Part shown: piece after piece, positions 26,901 to 39,422 of the stretch
Numbering within the stretch: position 1 is the first letter of the stretch
How the letters are laid out: the number at the start of each line of letters is the position of its first letter
Source: Octopus vulgaris
Taxonomy: Eukaryota
Assembly (NCBI GenBank): GCA_951406725.2
Contig: OX597817.1
Location: forward strand, 168,578,001-168,642,000
Direction of reading: 5' to 3'
DNA: 64,000 bases
Position numbers and translations under genes: made by a program
Notes under the pieces: model-generated
What the model was told of the DNA's origin: nothing
The model's input: the letters and a program-made list of their open reading frames with translations, nothing else
Database searches by the model: none

Positions 26901-27689
26901 AAAAGTCCACTCCAAGCTGATGCTACAGGGTACTCAGCCTGTAATGTCTACTTGTACATTTCTTACAAGGATATTTTTTTTTCACTTTCAATGCCTTGAC
27001 TGGCTTCCGTGCCGGTGGCATGTAAAAAGCACCCACCGATCGTGGCCGCTGCCAGCCTCCCTTGGCACCTATGCCAGTGGCACGTAAAAAGCACCCACTA
27101 CACTCTCGGAGTGGTTGCCGTTAGGAAGGTCATCCAGCTGTAGAAACACTGCCAGATCAGACTGGAGCATGGTGCAGCCTCCTGGCTTCTCAGACCCCGG
27201 TCAAACCATCCAACCCATGCTAGCAGGGAAAACGGATGTTAAACAATGATGATGATGATGATGATGAATGGACCTCTCTCAATAGCAACACATTAATGAC
27301 TTGGCTTTCTGCCAATTCATTTGAGAGAACAAGAGTGACCCATATGTTCATGAAATGAAATAAATTGAAGCAAATCTGTCATGCACACATATGAATTTTC
27401 CCTATGGAAGAGAATCAGTGTTATTTAAGCGTGATCTTGCACAATGTCCACTACCTGATAACTGAAATTTCTGAAACTGAAATTTTTACTAAATAATGTA
27501 TTAAAAATGCAGCATTCTTAATACAAAATATTCAGACCGTTTCATCACAACTGATACGAGAGTTACACGGTAACTGAGATTTGAAGGTTAACTCTAGTAT
27601 ATAGGGCCCTTAACAGATTTGAGTGGAAGAAACATTGTGTGTATGTCTATGTATGTATGTATGTATGTATGTATGTATGTATGTATGTA

Positions 27690-27756
<67 letters not shown>

Positions 27757-27845
27757 ATGCATGCATACATGTATGTATATATGTATCTATGTTCATGTAT
27801 GCATGCATGCATTCATTCATTCATTCATTCACTATTTATAAATGC

Positions 27846-28451
27846 TGGAGGTGCAATGGCCCAGTGGTTAGGGCAGTGGACTCATGGTCGTGGGATCGCA
27901 GTTTCAATTCTAAGACTGGGTGTTGTGAGTGTTTATTGAGCAAAAACACCTAAAGCTCCACAAGGCTCCAGCAGGAGGTAGTGGTGAACCCTGCTGTACC
28001 CTCTTTCACCACAACTTTCTCTCACTCTTTCTTCCTGTTTCTGTTGTACCTGTATTTCAAAGGGCCAGCCTTGTCACATACACTGTGTCATGCTGAATCT
28101 CCCCAAGAACTATGTTAACCCTTTAGTATTTAAACCGGCCATATCCGGCCGAAATATTTAATCTGTTTTATGCTCAAACTGACCAGATCCAGGCTCTCAC
28201 ACCTACCCTACAATGTTATTCTACATTAAGTAATTACACCATCAAGATCTTGAAGATATGAGATAATGCATGATTAATTCAAATCAATGTGAATCAATAA
28301 GCATTATGTTTCATAGAATAATCTGAACGCTAAAGGGTTAAGGGTACACGTGTCTGTGGAGTGCTCGGCCACTTATACATTAACTTCATGAGCAGGCTGT
28401 TCCGTTGATCGGATCAACTAGAACCCTTGTCGTCGTAACTGATGGAGTGCC
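27846..28451 (+). mobile_element. SINE family D interrupted by a piggyBac MITE
   Basis: Matches 44746-45128 on both sides of the insert. Confidence 0.85.
28119..28337. mobile_element. piggyBac-type MITE (219 bp), opposite orientation to 11239-11457
   Basis: TTAA TSD at 28115-28118 and 28338-28341; the empty site gttaaggg is seen in the SINE copy near 45011. Confidence 0.92.
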
Positions 28452-29541
28452 ATGATTTATAAACGCTATATGTATTCTATTGTGTAGTCTGTTCCTCTTT
28501 AGCATTTATTTGTAGTTATTAATATATTTCTCTTTGATTGTATTGATTATATTTTAGCTTTTAAGTGGAATGCAAAATTTTTTCAGTTGATATTGTACAT
28601 CTCAGTGTTGAAACCAATAAAGGAGAAATCAACAAAACTGTGTATGTACGTGTGTGTGTGTGTGTGGGGGGTATGTAAGAAAAAGAGTGCGGGGGGTACA
28701 AAATAGGATCCTGAAGCACATTAAGAGTTAATATCATCTCTTACTGTCAATATATTTCCAGTGACTTAAATGACCTTTCAATAACAGAACAATTACACCA
28801 ATTATTATTAAAAATCCTTTTAATATACCAGATAAAATGTAATTTCATATTTTCTCATATATAACATCCATTTTTAAAAAATGGATCAAAATAATCATCA
28901 TCATCATCATGATCGCATCCCATCCAAACCAACATTAATAAACTTCAATTATAATAATGTGTCAACATGTGGTATTTTGCCTCTTTTCATTGGCTATTTC
29001 CTAATGAAGTCTGTCATTAGTAAAGCCTATCATATATGTGCAAATGTTACTTTTAATAAGCCAGATTGTTGTTGAAAATGAATTAAAATTTTCAGCCAAG
29101 CAGAAAATTCTATGATCTTTGATTATATCATATAGTTGCCATGGTTCCCCCTCTTTATATCTGCGCACCTTGTTTTGGCTATACTTACTCTTAAATTTGT
29201 CAGTCATTGGACTGCAGCCATGCTGGGGAACCACCTTAAGGGGCTTAATTGAACAAATTAACTCCAGTACTTGTTTTTATTAAAGTTTGGTGTTTATTCT
29301 GTTGGTCACTTTTGCTGGACTGTTATGCTACAGCGGTGCAAACAAACCAACATCGGTTGCCAAGTGGTGAAGGGGGACAAACATAACAAACATAATGACA
29401 CACATACACACACACACACGGCAGTGCCTGATGACTGTGCCAAGATGTCAGATGTGTTATAATACATTGTTTGGCATGTTCTCATCACAAGAAACTATTA
29501 GTAACACATAAAAACATGTATTGTGTTTATTGAATAATAAT

Positions 29542-29581
<40 letters not shown>

Positions 29582-29962
29582 TCTACCAAATACACTAAGG
29601 TTTTGGTCAACTTAGAGCTACGATAGAAGACACTTGCTCAAGGTACTATGCAATGAGACTGAACCCAAGGCAGCATGGTTGGGAAGCAAGCTCTTAACCA
29701 CCTAGCTGTGCTTTTACTCTTGATAAATATGGTACAGGATCAATGTCTTGTTAAAATATTCCTGACATAACCTTTTCACTTGCATCAGTTGTCAAGGTAA
29801 CCTCTTTTTTGACATCGTAAATCCGTAACGCTGGCTTTGATAGTAACATGAGTTTTATATCCTCACAAGTCTTTCATTGCTGAACTCCCTCACAAGTGTA
29901 GGACATTGCATTTACAGAATGATACATGTGGCAATATGCTGTCTGAATTATGATAAATAAAT

Positions 29963-30316
29963 CTATAGAGAAATGAACAAATCCAATAAAAAATTGTGTT
30001 TGCTTCTTATCCTTTGGTGGTTTTTATATCCATCGATCTTACTACAAAATGATAATCGTGTGGCATACTCACTTTTGCCAATCTGTAACTCGAAAAAGGG
30101 CAATTCCTCAGTCTCTAATACTGACATAGTTTGATTTATCATTAAGTCTGATAATTCCAACCGTTTTATGATGTCATATAACTTCATATGTAGACTCTCA
30201 GCTGTTTTAGCAACCAATGTATACATCATTTTGATCATAACAACATTATCAATGTCATTTACAACAGTATTTTGGTCTTTGAAATGTAGCAATGGATATT
30301 TTGATGTATGACACAT
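29963..30316 (-). pseudogene. Gypsy RT core remnant
   Basis: IDNVV..LVAKTAESLHMKLYDIIKRLELSDLMINQTMSVLETEELPFF resembles ILVxxxTxEEHxxxLxxVLxRLxxxGLxLNxxKCxFxxxEVxFL; catalytic DD lost. Confidence 0.55.
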
Positions 30317-30547
30317 TCATCTTAAAAATGCACTGGTGTTATGTATTGTAATTTCTCTTGCTTTAGAATTCATTTCTTTTTTTGGTAATTTGGTGACGGC
30401 ATGGCTGAGTGGTTAAAAATTTTGCTTCCCAGGTTCAGTCCTATTGTGTAATACCTTGGGCAGATGTTTTCTTTTATAGCCCCGAGTCAATCAAAACCTT
30501 ATGAGTGGATTTGGTTGAGAGAAACTGAAAGAAACCCTTAGTATATA

Positions 30548-30763
30548 CAAGGGAGTGCTGAAAAATGTTCCTGGCTTCAGGTGAAAGAAAATACAGAAGG
30601 ATCGGTTAATTGTGATTTTATTCAACATTTCCTTTCTCAGGTTCTCACATTTATTGCAGAGATCCATCGGTTTTCCTAAGCTCTTTAAAAGAACTTGGAA
30701 ATTTGGGCCTCCAACTAGGTCTTTCGCAATACCCTTAAAGCCAGGAACGTTACAGCACCCTTG
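30548..30763. mobile_element. Tc1/mariner-type MITE inside a family B SINE
   Basis: TA-CAAGGGAGTGCTGAAAAATGTTCCTGGCTT ... AAGCCAGGAACGTTACAGCACCCTTG. Confidence 0.7.
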
Positions 30764-31009
30764 CATATGTGTGTGTGTTTGTGACTGTGTTTGTGTTTGT
30801 CCCCTACCACCACTTGACAACAGGTGTTGGTTTGGTTACATCCTCATAACTTATCAATTTGGCAAAAGAGTCTGATAGAATAAGCATCAGACTTAAATAC
30901 AAATAAGCCCTAGAAGTTGATTTGTTCAATTAAAACTCATCAAATTGGTGGTCCAGCATAGCTGCAGTCCCATGACTAAAACAAATAAAATATATATATA
31001 TTTATATGA

Positions 31010-31850
31010 AGACTTGCTGAGGCAAGTGAAATCGAAATCAAATTCGATGACTGGCATCCATGCTAGTGGACTGCTAAGAGTACCATACAAGCATGATCAT
31101 TGCCAGAGCAACAAGCTGGCCTCCATGCCGATGGCACATTAAAAACACCATTCAAGCGTGATCGTTAACTGCGTCGCCTTACTGGCACTTGTGCTGGTGG
31201 CACATGAAAAAGCGAGGTCATTACCAGTGCCACTGGACTGGCTCCTGTGCAACTGGCACATAAAAAGCACCATTTAAGTGTGGCCATTGCCTGTACCGCC
31301 TGACTGGCCCTCTTGCTGGTGGCACGTAAAAGCACCCACTACACTCTCGGAGTGGTTGGTGTTAGGAAGGGCATCCAGCTGTAGAAACTCTGCCAGATCA
31401 GATTGGAGTCTGGTGCAGCCATCTGGTTCACCAGACCTTAGTCAAATCGTCCAACCCATGCTAGCATGGAAAGCAGATGTTAAATGATGATGATAATGAT
31501 GATGATGATATATATGAGAAGGGATCGAGAGCTTCACAGAGGCAATGACAAGTGGCTGAGACCTTTGGTGATATGCTGTGCATGGGAAGACTCATTAAGC
31601 CAAGTGAAATCTTAGTTGTGGCCGATGCTGGTGCCACGTGTATTGGCATCCATGCCTGTGGTACATAAAAGCACCCATGTTAATGGCATCTGTTACACAC
31701 TTAGTGGTTGGTGTTAGGAAGGTTGTCCAACTGTAGAAACCATGCAAAACTAGACTGGAACCTGGTGCAGCTCTCTGGCTTGCCAGTTTCAGTCAAACCA
31801 GCTAATCCATCCCAGAATGGAAAGCAGACTCTAAATGATGATGATGATGC
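31010..31850 (+). mobile_element. Two tandem family A elements
   Basis: Family A bodies ending in (ATG)n near 31510 and 31850. Confidence 0.8.
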
Positions 31851-32229
31851 TGTTTGTGTGTGTGTCTTGTTTTGTCTCGACACCATATGATTGTTGTAAG
31901 TAAGTATCACTTTCATACAAGTGGTATTGTTCATTTCCAATCGTCCATGGAAAAATGTCTGGTCATGGGGCAAATATTTAGTTGTTTGGAAACAAACCTG
32001 AAGATTGGTGACAGGAAGAACATCTGGCTGTGGAAATTCCATCGCACCCATGCAAGCATAGAAAAGTAGATGTTAAAATGATGACAACGATGATGATGAT
32101 GATAATGAAAGTGGTGTAGCCTCCTCCTCCTCCTCCTCCTTCTTGAATCTATTTTAGCTAAATAATTCATGTCAGAAAGAGAGGGAAATATCAATTTAGC
32201 GTTTTGAATTGGACAAGAATCCAAACAAA

Positions 32230-32500
32230 TTCTTTCATTTGCACATATTTAATAGTCATTATATTTTCCAAGATCTCCATTCACCTTTTTACACTACAAC
32301 TAAACAAATAATTCTTTTATTCCCACCAGGACGAACCTTTTCTAAAATACTTCTATTAATTAGTTCCATCAGTTTCATTATTACTAATGGCTTAATGTTT
32401 ATTGGCAATGAACTCGCTTCGAAATAACATGACCTGATATTCCCTTTGAGAAGAATTAAATCATCTAAAACTTCCAAATTGTCCTGGAACTTCCACCTCA
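32230..32500 (-). pseudogene. Gypsy RT N-terminal remnant
   Basis: PINIKPLVIMKLMELINRSILEKV..LVVV*KVNGDLGKYNDY resembles ELxxLxxxGIIEKV..PIVVVxKxNGDLRxCxDY. Confidence 0.65.
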
Positions 32501-32613
32501 TGAATTAATATTGAACTGACAGCATTTATTAATTTATCAGAAACATACCAAGGAATTCATGATTTTTATATATTTATTTATTGCGTTCAGCAACAATAGC
32601 AGCTTCAGTATTA

Positions 32614-33030
32614 GCGGCGAGCTGGCAGAAACGTTAGCACGCCGGGCGAAATGCTTAGCGGTATTTCGTCTGCATTACGTTGTGAGTTCAAATTCCGCCG
32701 AGGTCGACTTTGCCTTTCATCCTTTCGGAGTCGATAAATTAAGTATCAGTTACGCACTGGGGGTCGATCTAATCGACTTAATACCTATGTCTGTCCTTGT
32801 TTGTCCCCTCTATGTTTAGCCCCTTGTGGGTAATAAAAAAAATAGGTATTTCGTCTGCGTTACGTTGTGAGTTCAAATTCCGCCGAGGTCGACTTTGCCT
32901 TTCATCCTTTCGGGGTCGAATAAATTAAGTACCAGTTACGCACTGGGGTCGATGTAATCGACTTAATACCTATGTCTGTCCTTGTTTGTCCCCTCTATGT
33001 TTAGCCCCTTGTGGGTAGTAAAGAAATAAG
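32614..33030 (+). mobile_element. SINE family C with two tandem 185 bp bodies
   Basis: gtatttcgtctgc at 32661 and 32846. Confidence 0.9.
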
Positions 33031-33398
33031 TATTGGCTCTCTTTTTTTTTTTATCAGTTTCAATTAATGCATCAAGCTTCTCCTCAAAATTTCAGTATGT
33101 GATCTATCAAATTGTTTTAGTCTTAGATGAGTGGAATCAAGTTCACTTTCCAACCATGTGGTTTCAAGTTCAATCTTACTGCATGGTACTTTGGGCAAAT
33201 ATCTTCTACTATAGTCCCAGATTGACCAAGGCCTTGTGAGTGGATTTGGAAGATGGAAACTGAAACAAGCTCAAAGTATTTAAATCTCCGAGACCCCCTT
33301 CGGTCATGGCTGACCGTGGGATTGCACCTAGAAAGTTACCCTCCCAGGCACAAGTCCAGACAAGGTTGTTTATGGAAGACCAGCAGGAGTGGCTATAG

Positions 33399-33775
33399 GC
33401 CCAGGAGTGGCTGTGTGGTAAGTAGCTTGCTAACCAACCACATGGTTCCGGGTTCAGTCCCACTGTGTGGCATCTTGGGCAAGTGTCTTCTGCTATAGCT
33501 CCGGGCTGACCAATGCCTTGTGAGTGGATTTGGTAGATGGAAACTGAAAGAAGCCTGTCGTATATATGTATATATGTATGTGTGTGTGTGTGTGTGTGTA
33601 TGTTTGTGTGTCTGTCTTTGTCCCCCTAGCATTGCTTGACAACTGATGCTGGTGTGTTTGCGTCCCCGTCACTTAGCAGTTCGGCAAAAGAGACCGATAG
33701 AATAAGTACTGGGCTTACAAAGAATAAGTCCCGGGATCGAGTCAAATGACTGAAACAAGTAAGAGAGTAAAAGAG
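33399..33775 (+). mobile_element. SINE family B
   Basis: Full head-to-tail match to the family. Confidence 0.85.
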
Positions 33776-34112
33776 AGAGAGTCGCCCATGCATACCGGTC
33801 TCCCCTCTCCATGCCAATAGTGTAATCAAGGGAAAGGCAAAGGCTAATACGGCTTGGCACATGTGACGTCACAAATACTCTCATTTGACCCATACAAGCA
33901 CGGAAAAAGTAGGTGTTAAAATGATGATGATAATAATCAGACATGTTTAGCTTTGGTTTATTCACATCCATCCAGAAATCCATTGATTGCCTGACTCTCA
34001 GTGTCAACTTGCCTTTTAGCATTAACATTATTTAGTTTTACATTGATTATTGTAGATCCTCAATCCCAGTTTCATTAACACTTGCTGGATCTTCATTTTT
34101 TTTCCGCTCCCC

Positions 34113-34391
34113 TCAACCTATTTCTGTCGATTTGCATAATGCCTGAAAGTGGTTCTTTTTTCCATGCTTAATACAACCTTTACCAAATGCACAACAATTA
34201 TATGGTGTATGTTTATCTTCACAAAAGTGGCATTTAGAATCAAATTTATACCTGTTTCTATTAACATATGACACAATGATATCATCAAGATCACTCTCCC
34301 TTTCTTCTATTTTTGTTGTTATTTCAGCTATCTGAAATTTAGAAATCATTTCACGCTGCTGAATGAATTCAATGCATGCATTAAGCTTCAA
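34113..34391 (-). pseudogene. Gypsy gag zinc-knuckle remnant
   Basis: CHFCEDKHTPYNCCAFGKGCIKHGKKNHFQALCKS matches CxxCGxxH..CPAxGKxCxKCGKxNHFxxxC. Confidence 0.75.
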
Positions 34392-35782
34392 ATCACTTGA
34401 TTCAAGATATTCTAATGCTTTTACATGATGCTTAGGTGATGGCCTGCCGTCAGTGAGTCATATCATCTTTGCATGCCATCCTTCAGCTCCAATTTTTTTT
34501 TTTCAGATTCACAAAAACAAGCTAACTTGTGTAATAACCTTTTAATTGATTTGTCAGATTCCGATGTTGCGATAAGAATCTGACCCTTTCAGCAATTATC
34601 ATTTCTTTGAGGGGGTGAATCGTTGACATCATTGCAGATCTTATACCAATAAAATTCATTTCCTCAAGTTCTAATGGTTTCACCATTGTAGAAGTTTTTC
34701 ATGTGGCCATCATACCTGTTATGATTAAAAACAAATCTGTTAATTGCTTGACATCGTGGTGAGCTGGTGGAATCATTACCATGCCAGACAAAATACGTAG
34801 CATCATTCCTTCCATCTTTTATGGTGAATTTTGCCTTTTAACCTTTTGGGCTTTATAAAATAAATACAAGATAAGTACTGTGGTTGGTATGAATGACTGG
34901 ATTCCTCCCCAAAACTTTAGGCCTTGTGCCTGCCGTAGACTGAAATATTATCTCGAAGCTTTTTATTCTTGTAACAGTAAAGTGTTACAGTCATGTCTCT
35001 AATTTATTTGGGTTCGCAAATGGAACTTCATTATTAGCAGCTCATGACACTGTTGTTATGTCAGTGTAATTACTCATTATCTTGTAATCATACAAGAGGA
35101 TGTTTATTTAACAGCAATGATTTTTTTTTTATTGACGATATTAAGGTGCTTCTGTAACGAGCCTAATAAATACTTACCTAATCAAGTCTAATAATGTAGT
35201 TCTACTGTAAAAGTGTTTATTCAGTTAGTCGTCGTCATACAAAGTCATTTATCTCTGGAAACTTCCCACAACATAGTCGAGCTCTCTGACATTGAATTGT
35301 TAAACATTTTAATGCAGTCTTGATTACATGACCATTAGATGGAGTCACATGCAGTGCTGCTACAACAATATTAGTATAACCAGGATATCACAAAGAAATA
35401 ATAACAACCAAAAAAAACTGAAAAGGTAATGGATAAAAATGAAAAGGACATTGTAGCAACTACACACACCTTAAATAGAGAGTGTATAGCTATTGTGTTC
35501 TCTATAGTCACAGAAATAATGTTACTCTGAAGCTTTTCTTAAAGTAATTCAGAGTTATACAAAAACTAGTGTAAACCATATTATAGCATAGCATTGGGTT
35601 TAATGGAATTATAAAGGTTATAGAGAGGTCTTTTCTATGTAGGATTAAATTCTGACAGAAAGTAATGATTAATTAAAGTAGTAAAACCAGATTGCAAAAA
35701 TACTTATTGTTTGTAATTTGAATTTCACCAAGAACAAGTATGTGCATGCATTATTGCATGTGCATAACACATGCATGCACGT

Positions 35783-35835
<53 letters not shown>

Positions 35836-35837
<2 letters not shown>

Positions 35838-36540
35838 ATCATTTAATTCCGTTTTCCATGCTGGCATGGGTTGGATGGTTTGACTGAAAACTGATGAGCT
35901 GGGGAGCTGCCCCAGGTTTGAATCTGATTTGGCATGGTTTTTGCGGCTGGATGCCCTTCCTGATGCCAACCACTCCAAGAGTGTAGTTGGTGGTTTTTCT
36001 GTGCCACCGGCTCAGGTGTCAGTTACACAAAACTGGCATCGGCCACAACTGTGATCCCACTTGGCTCGACAGGTCTTCTCAAGCATAGTATATTACCAAA
36101 AGCCTCGGTCACTTGTCACTGTCTCTGTGAGGCCCAACATTCAAACAGTGCTTTTTACGTGCCAGTTTCACGACACTAACGTCAGCCCACAACACTAATC
36201 ATCATCATCATCATCATCATCGTTTAACGTCCGCTTTCCATGCTAGCATGGGTTGGACGGTTCAACTGGGGTCTGGCAAGCCCAAAGGCTGCACCAGGCC
36301 AGTCAGATCTGGCAGTGTTTCTACAGCTGGATGCCCTTCCTAAGGCCAACCACTCCGAGAGTGTAGTGGGTGATTTTATGTGCCACCGACACAGGTGCCA
36401 GACAAGGCTGGCAGACGGCCACGCTCGGATGGTGTTTTTTATGTGCCACCGACACAGGTGCCAGACGAGGCTGGCAGACGGCCACGCTCGGATGGTATTT
36501 TTTTATGTGCCACCGACACAGGTGCCAGATGAGGCTGGCG
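35836..36540 (-). mobile_element. Two family A elements; the second has three ~60 bp subrepeats (36378-36540)
   Basis: atgtgccaccgacacaggtgccaga repeated three times. Confidence 0.85.
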
Positions 36541-36676
36541 GATGTAGAAAATAAATTATAAAGTAAGAATGCAGTTCTGTCAGAATGGACCATCATAAAA
36601 GTGTTTCAAAGCAGGTCGTAAAACCATTTTACAATTATTACCTTTTTATATTTGTTTCAGTCATTAGCCTGTAGCC

Positions 36677-37087
36677 CAGGCACATGCCATCAATAATTAC
36701 TCAGAGTAGGCAGTTGTGACCTTTATGTGGTAAAACACAAAATAAAAAAAAAAAGCGAAACGCAGGTGTGCGACTGAGTTGAAGGCAGATTTACTTCTGC
36801 TTTTATGGCACGTAAAGAAAATGGTGTTGTAGGAGTGTATGCAGCATGTGTACTACAGCAGTACTACGCAGAGCTTAAATACTAAGATTGAAAGGCAGGG
36901 GAAAATTATGCTGACCTAATCTACAAAAAAATAAAACATTTTGCATTTTATGCATAGCAATCAGAGTAGCCTTCATAATTTTATTGAATTAGGTACATAT
37001 TTTGCCATAAAAGCAAAATGTTGTTATTGATCTATTTTATTCAAGGTAGGCACTACCTATCTTGCCTACCTAGGCGGCACATCCCTG
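36677..37087. mobile_element. hAT-type non-autonomous element inserted in a family B SINE
   Basis: Imperfect TIRs CAGGcacaTGCC / GGCAcatcCCTG; 8 bp TSD ctgtagcc / ttgtagcc. Confidence 0.6.
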
Positions 37088-37510
37088 TTGTAGCCATACT
37101 GGGGTACCACTTTGAAGGAGTTTTAGACAAAGGAACCAAGCCAAGTACTTATATTCTTTTCAGATCTGGTACTTAATATATCAGTCTCTTTGCTGAACCA
37201 TTAAGTTATGAGGACATAAACAGACCAACACCAGTTGTCGATCAGTGGGGTGGGGGACAAACAAAGGCACAAAGACACGCATAAAATGGGCTTCCACACA
37301 GTTTCTGCCTACTAAATTCACTCATTAGGCATTGGTCAGTCTGGAGTTATGGCAGAAGACACATAACTAAGGCACCATGCAGTGGTATTGAACCCAAGAG
37401 CACAGGTTGGCAAAGGAAGCTTCTTAATTACACAATCGTGCTTGTGCCTGAATTGGTCTATGTATAGGCCAATTCAATAATTTGTTTCCAAGACCTCTTA
37501 TGATGATGCT

Positions 37511-37550
<40 letters not shown>

Positions 37551-37586
37551 CTTTGTAAAAGAAAAACTGTCCACCCACACCATATA

Positions 37587-38500
37587 ATCATCATCAATTA
37601 ACGTCCGTTTTCCATGCTGGCATGGGTTAGACGATTTGACTGGAACTGGTAAGTCAGAGGGCTGCACCAGGTTTCAGTCGGATCTTGTATGGTTTCTATG
37701 GCTGGATGCCCTTCCTAACATCAACCACTCTGAGCAGTCTGATTTGGCATGGTTTCTACAGCTGGATGCCTTTCCTAATGTCAACCACTCCGAGAGTGTA
37801 CCTATTTTACTCTCGGAGTGGTTGGTACCAGGAAGAGCATCCAGCCATAGAAACCATGCCAAATCAGAATGGAACCTGGTGCAGTCCTCTGGTTCTCTGT
37901 CTAACCCATGCCAGCATGCAAAGCGGATATTAAATGATGATGATGATGATGATGACATGGTGAGGGTAGATAGTTTTTCTTCATCATCATCATCATCATC
38001 GTTTAACGTCCGTTCTCCATGCTAGCATGGGTTGGACGGTTCGACCGGGATCTGGGAAGCCAGAAGGCTGCACCAGGCTCCGGTCTTATCTGACAATGTT
38101 TCTACAGCTGGATGCCCTTCCTAATGCCAACCACTCCGTGAGTGTAGTGGGTGCTTTTTACGTGCCACCTGCACAGGTGCCAGGCGAGGCTGGCAACAGC
38201 CACGGTTGGATTGGTGCATTTTACGTGCTACCGGCACGGAAGCCATTCGAGGCGCTGCTGGCATCGGCCACGAGTCGGATAGTGCTTTTTACGTAGCACC
38301 AGACCAGGGGTCCTGGCTGGTTCAATTCGATTTCGATTTCGCTTGCCCCAACATGTCTTCGCAAGCAAAGGGGGTTGGCATGGGTGCCTGTCGTCGGATG
38401 AGGTTCTATATCGACTTCGCTTGCCTCAACAGGTCTTTGTGTCCAAGGGAGGAAAGGCATGCATAAGTGGGCTGGGCTCACCTGTCCTGCCTGGTCTTAG
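37587..38500. mobile_element. Cluster of three family A elements; the first two form a close inverted pair
   Basis: 37587-37800 minus, 37809-37955 plus, 37981-38500 minus. Confidence 0.85.
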
Positions 38501-39037
38501 TAATTAAAATCTTGACTGTTTCTAGTTTTATCTCTTTTAATGATTTACCTGTTTTCATTGGAGTTTCTTGTAAGTTGTTGTGTCTTGCAAGTCTTTAGTG
38601 TGCATCGCTGGAACTGGGAATGGCTTCAAAAAGCTGCAGAATCAGCAGCTGACAGATGTGTATGAACCACTTGGGTCTGTGATATGGTGAACTTAATAGG
38701 AGCCGGTATAGCCCCTTTTGGGTAAATGCTTTTACAAGAGACAAGACAAGTTGTTGGGAATAGTAAAATCCATTATCAACATTTCTTGGCTGTCAATATG
38801 TGATATTCTGGGCAAAAAGAGTTTTCATATGAAATTCTAGCTCTTTGAGTTACTCTTGTGTTTTTTCCCATGGCCAGACATATTTTTCACAATAGATTGA
38901 AAATGAGTAACATATGATGACAAGACAAGGGTACACACACACACACACACACACTCTCACACATTTACATGATAGCCTTGTGTGTGTGTAATTGACACAC
39001 ACACACACACACATACACACACAATCATACATTCTTA

Positions 39038-39422
39038 TCTCTCTCTATATATAAACGGCAGTTTGTCTGTCTGTCTGTCTGTGTGTCTGTCAGGTTGTAC
39101 CCTCACCCTGACCACGGCTTTCAACCGATTCTGATGAAACTTGACACACACATAGCCCAATGTCATAATTCAAAACTAACGCAGAGAAAATTTTGAAAAG
39201 TTCCCCCAGTTCTGAAAAAAATCGATAAAATCGACATGGGGTCGAGAATCAGAAACACAAACCACAGACTGTCTAGGGGACGCAACTCCACCTTTTTTAA
39301 CTCTCAAAAAAAATTTACCATCATTTTTTCCATTTTTTTGCTATTTTTTTGCTATAACTCTCTAAAAATGCTTTATAGTTATTTCCCTTACAAACCTGAG
39401 CAACGCCGGGCGATACTGCTAG
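39038..39422 (+). mobile_element. Non-autonomous Helitron-like element, family H2
   Basis: A|TCTCTCTCTATATATAAACGG...CCTGAGCAACGCCGGGCGATACTGCTAG|T. Confidence 0.85.

Larger units (their letters stand above)
25640..34720 (-). mobile_element. Heavily decayed Gypsy-type LTR retrotransposon, fragmented by younger insertions
   Basis: Minus-strand order: gag zinc knuckle (34113-34391), RT N-terminus (32230-32500), RT core (29963-30316), RNase H end GKIPHVDTL (near 28950), weak integrase-like stretch (25640-26400). Confidence 0.65.

Noticed and set aside
34700-34725. Primer-binding site and LTR edge for the Gypsy fossil
   Set aside because: Only loose resemblance, and no matching second LTR found
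36378-36540. CRISPR-like repeat array
   Set aside because: Tandem subrepeats inside a SINE-like element with no unique spacers; eukaryotic context; no cas genes
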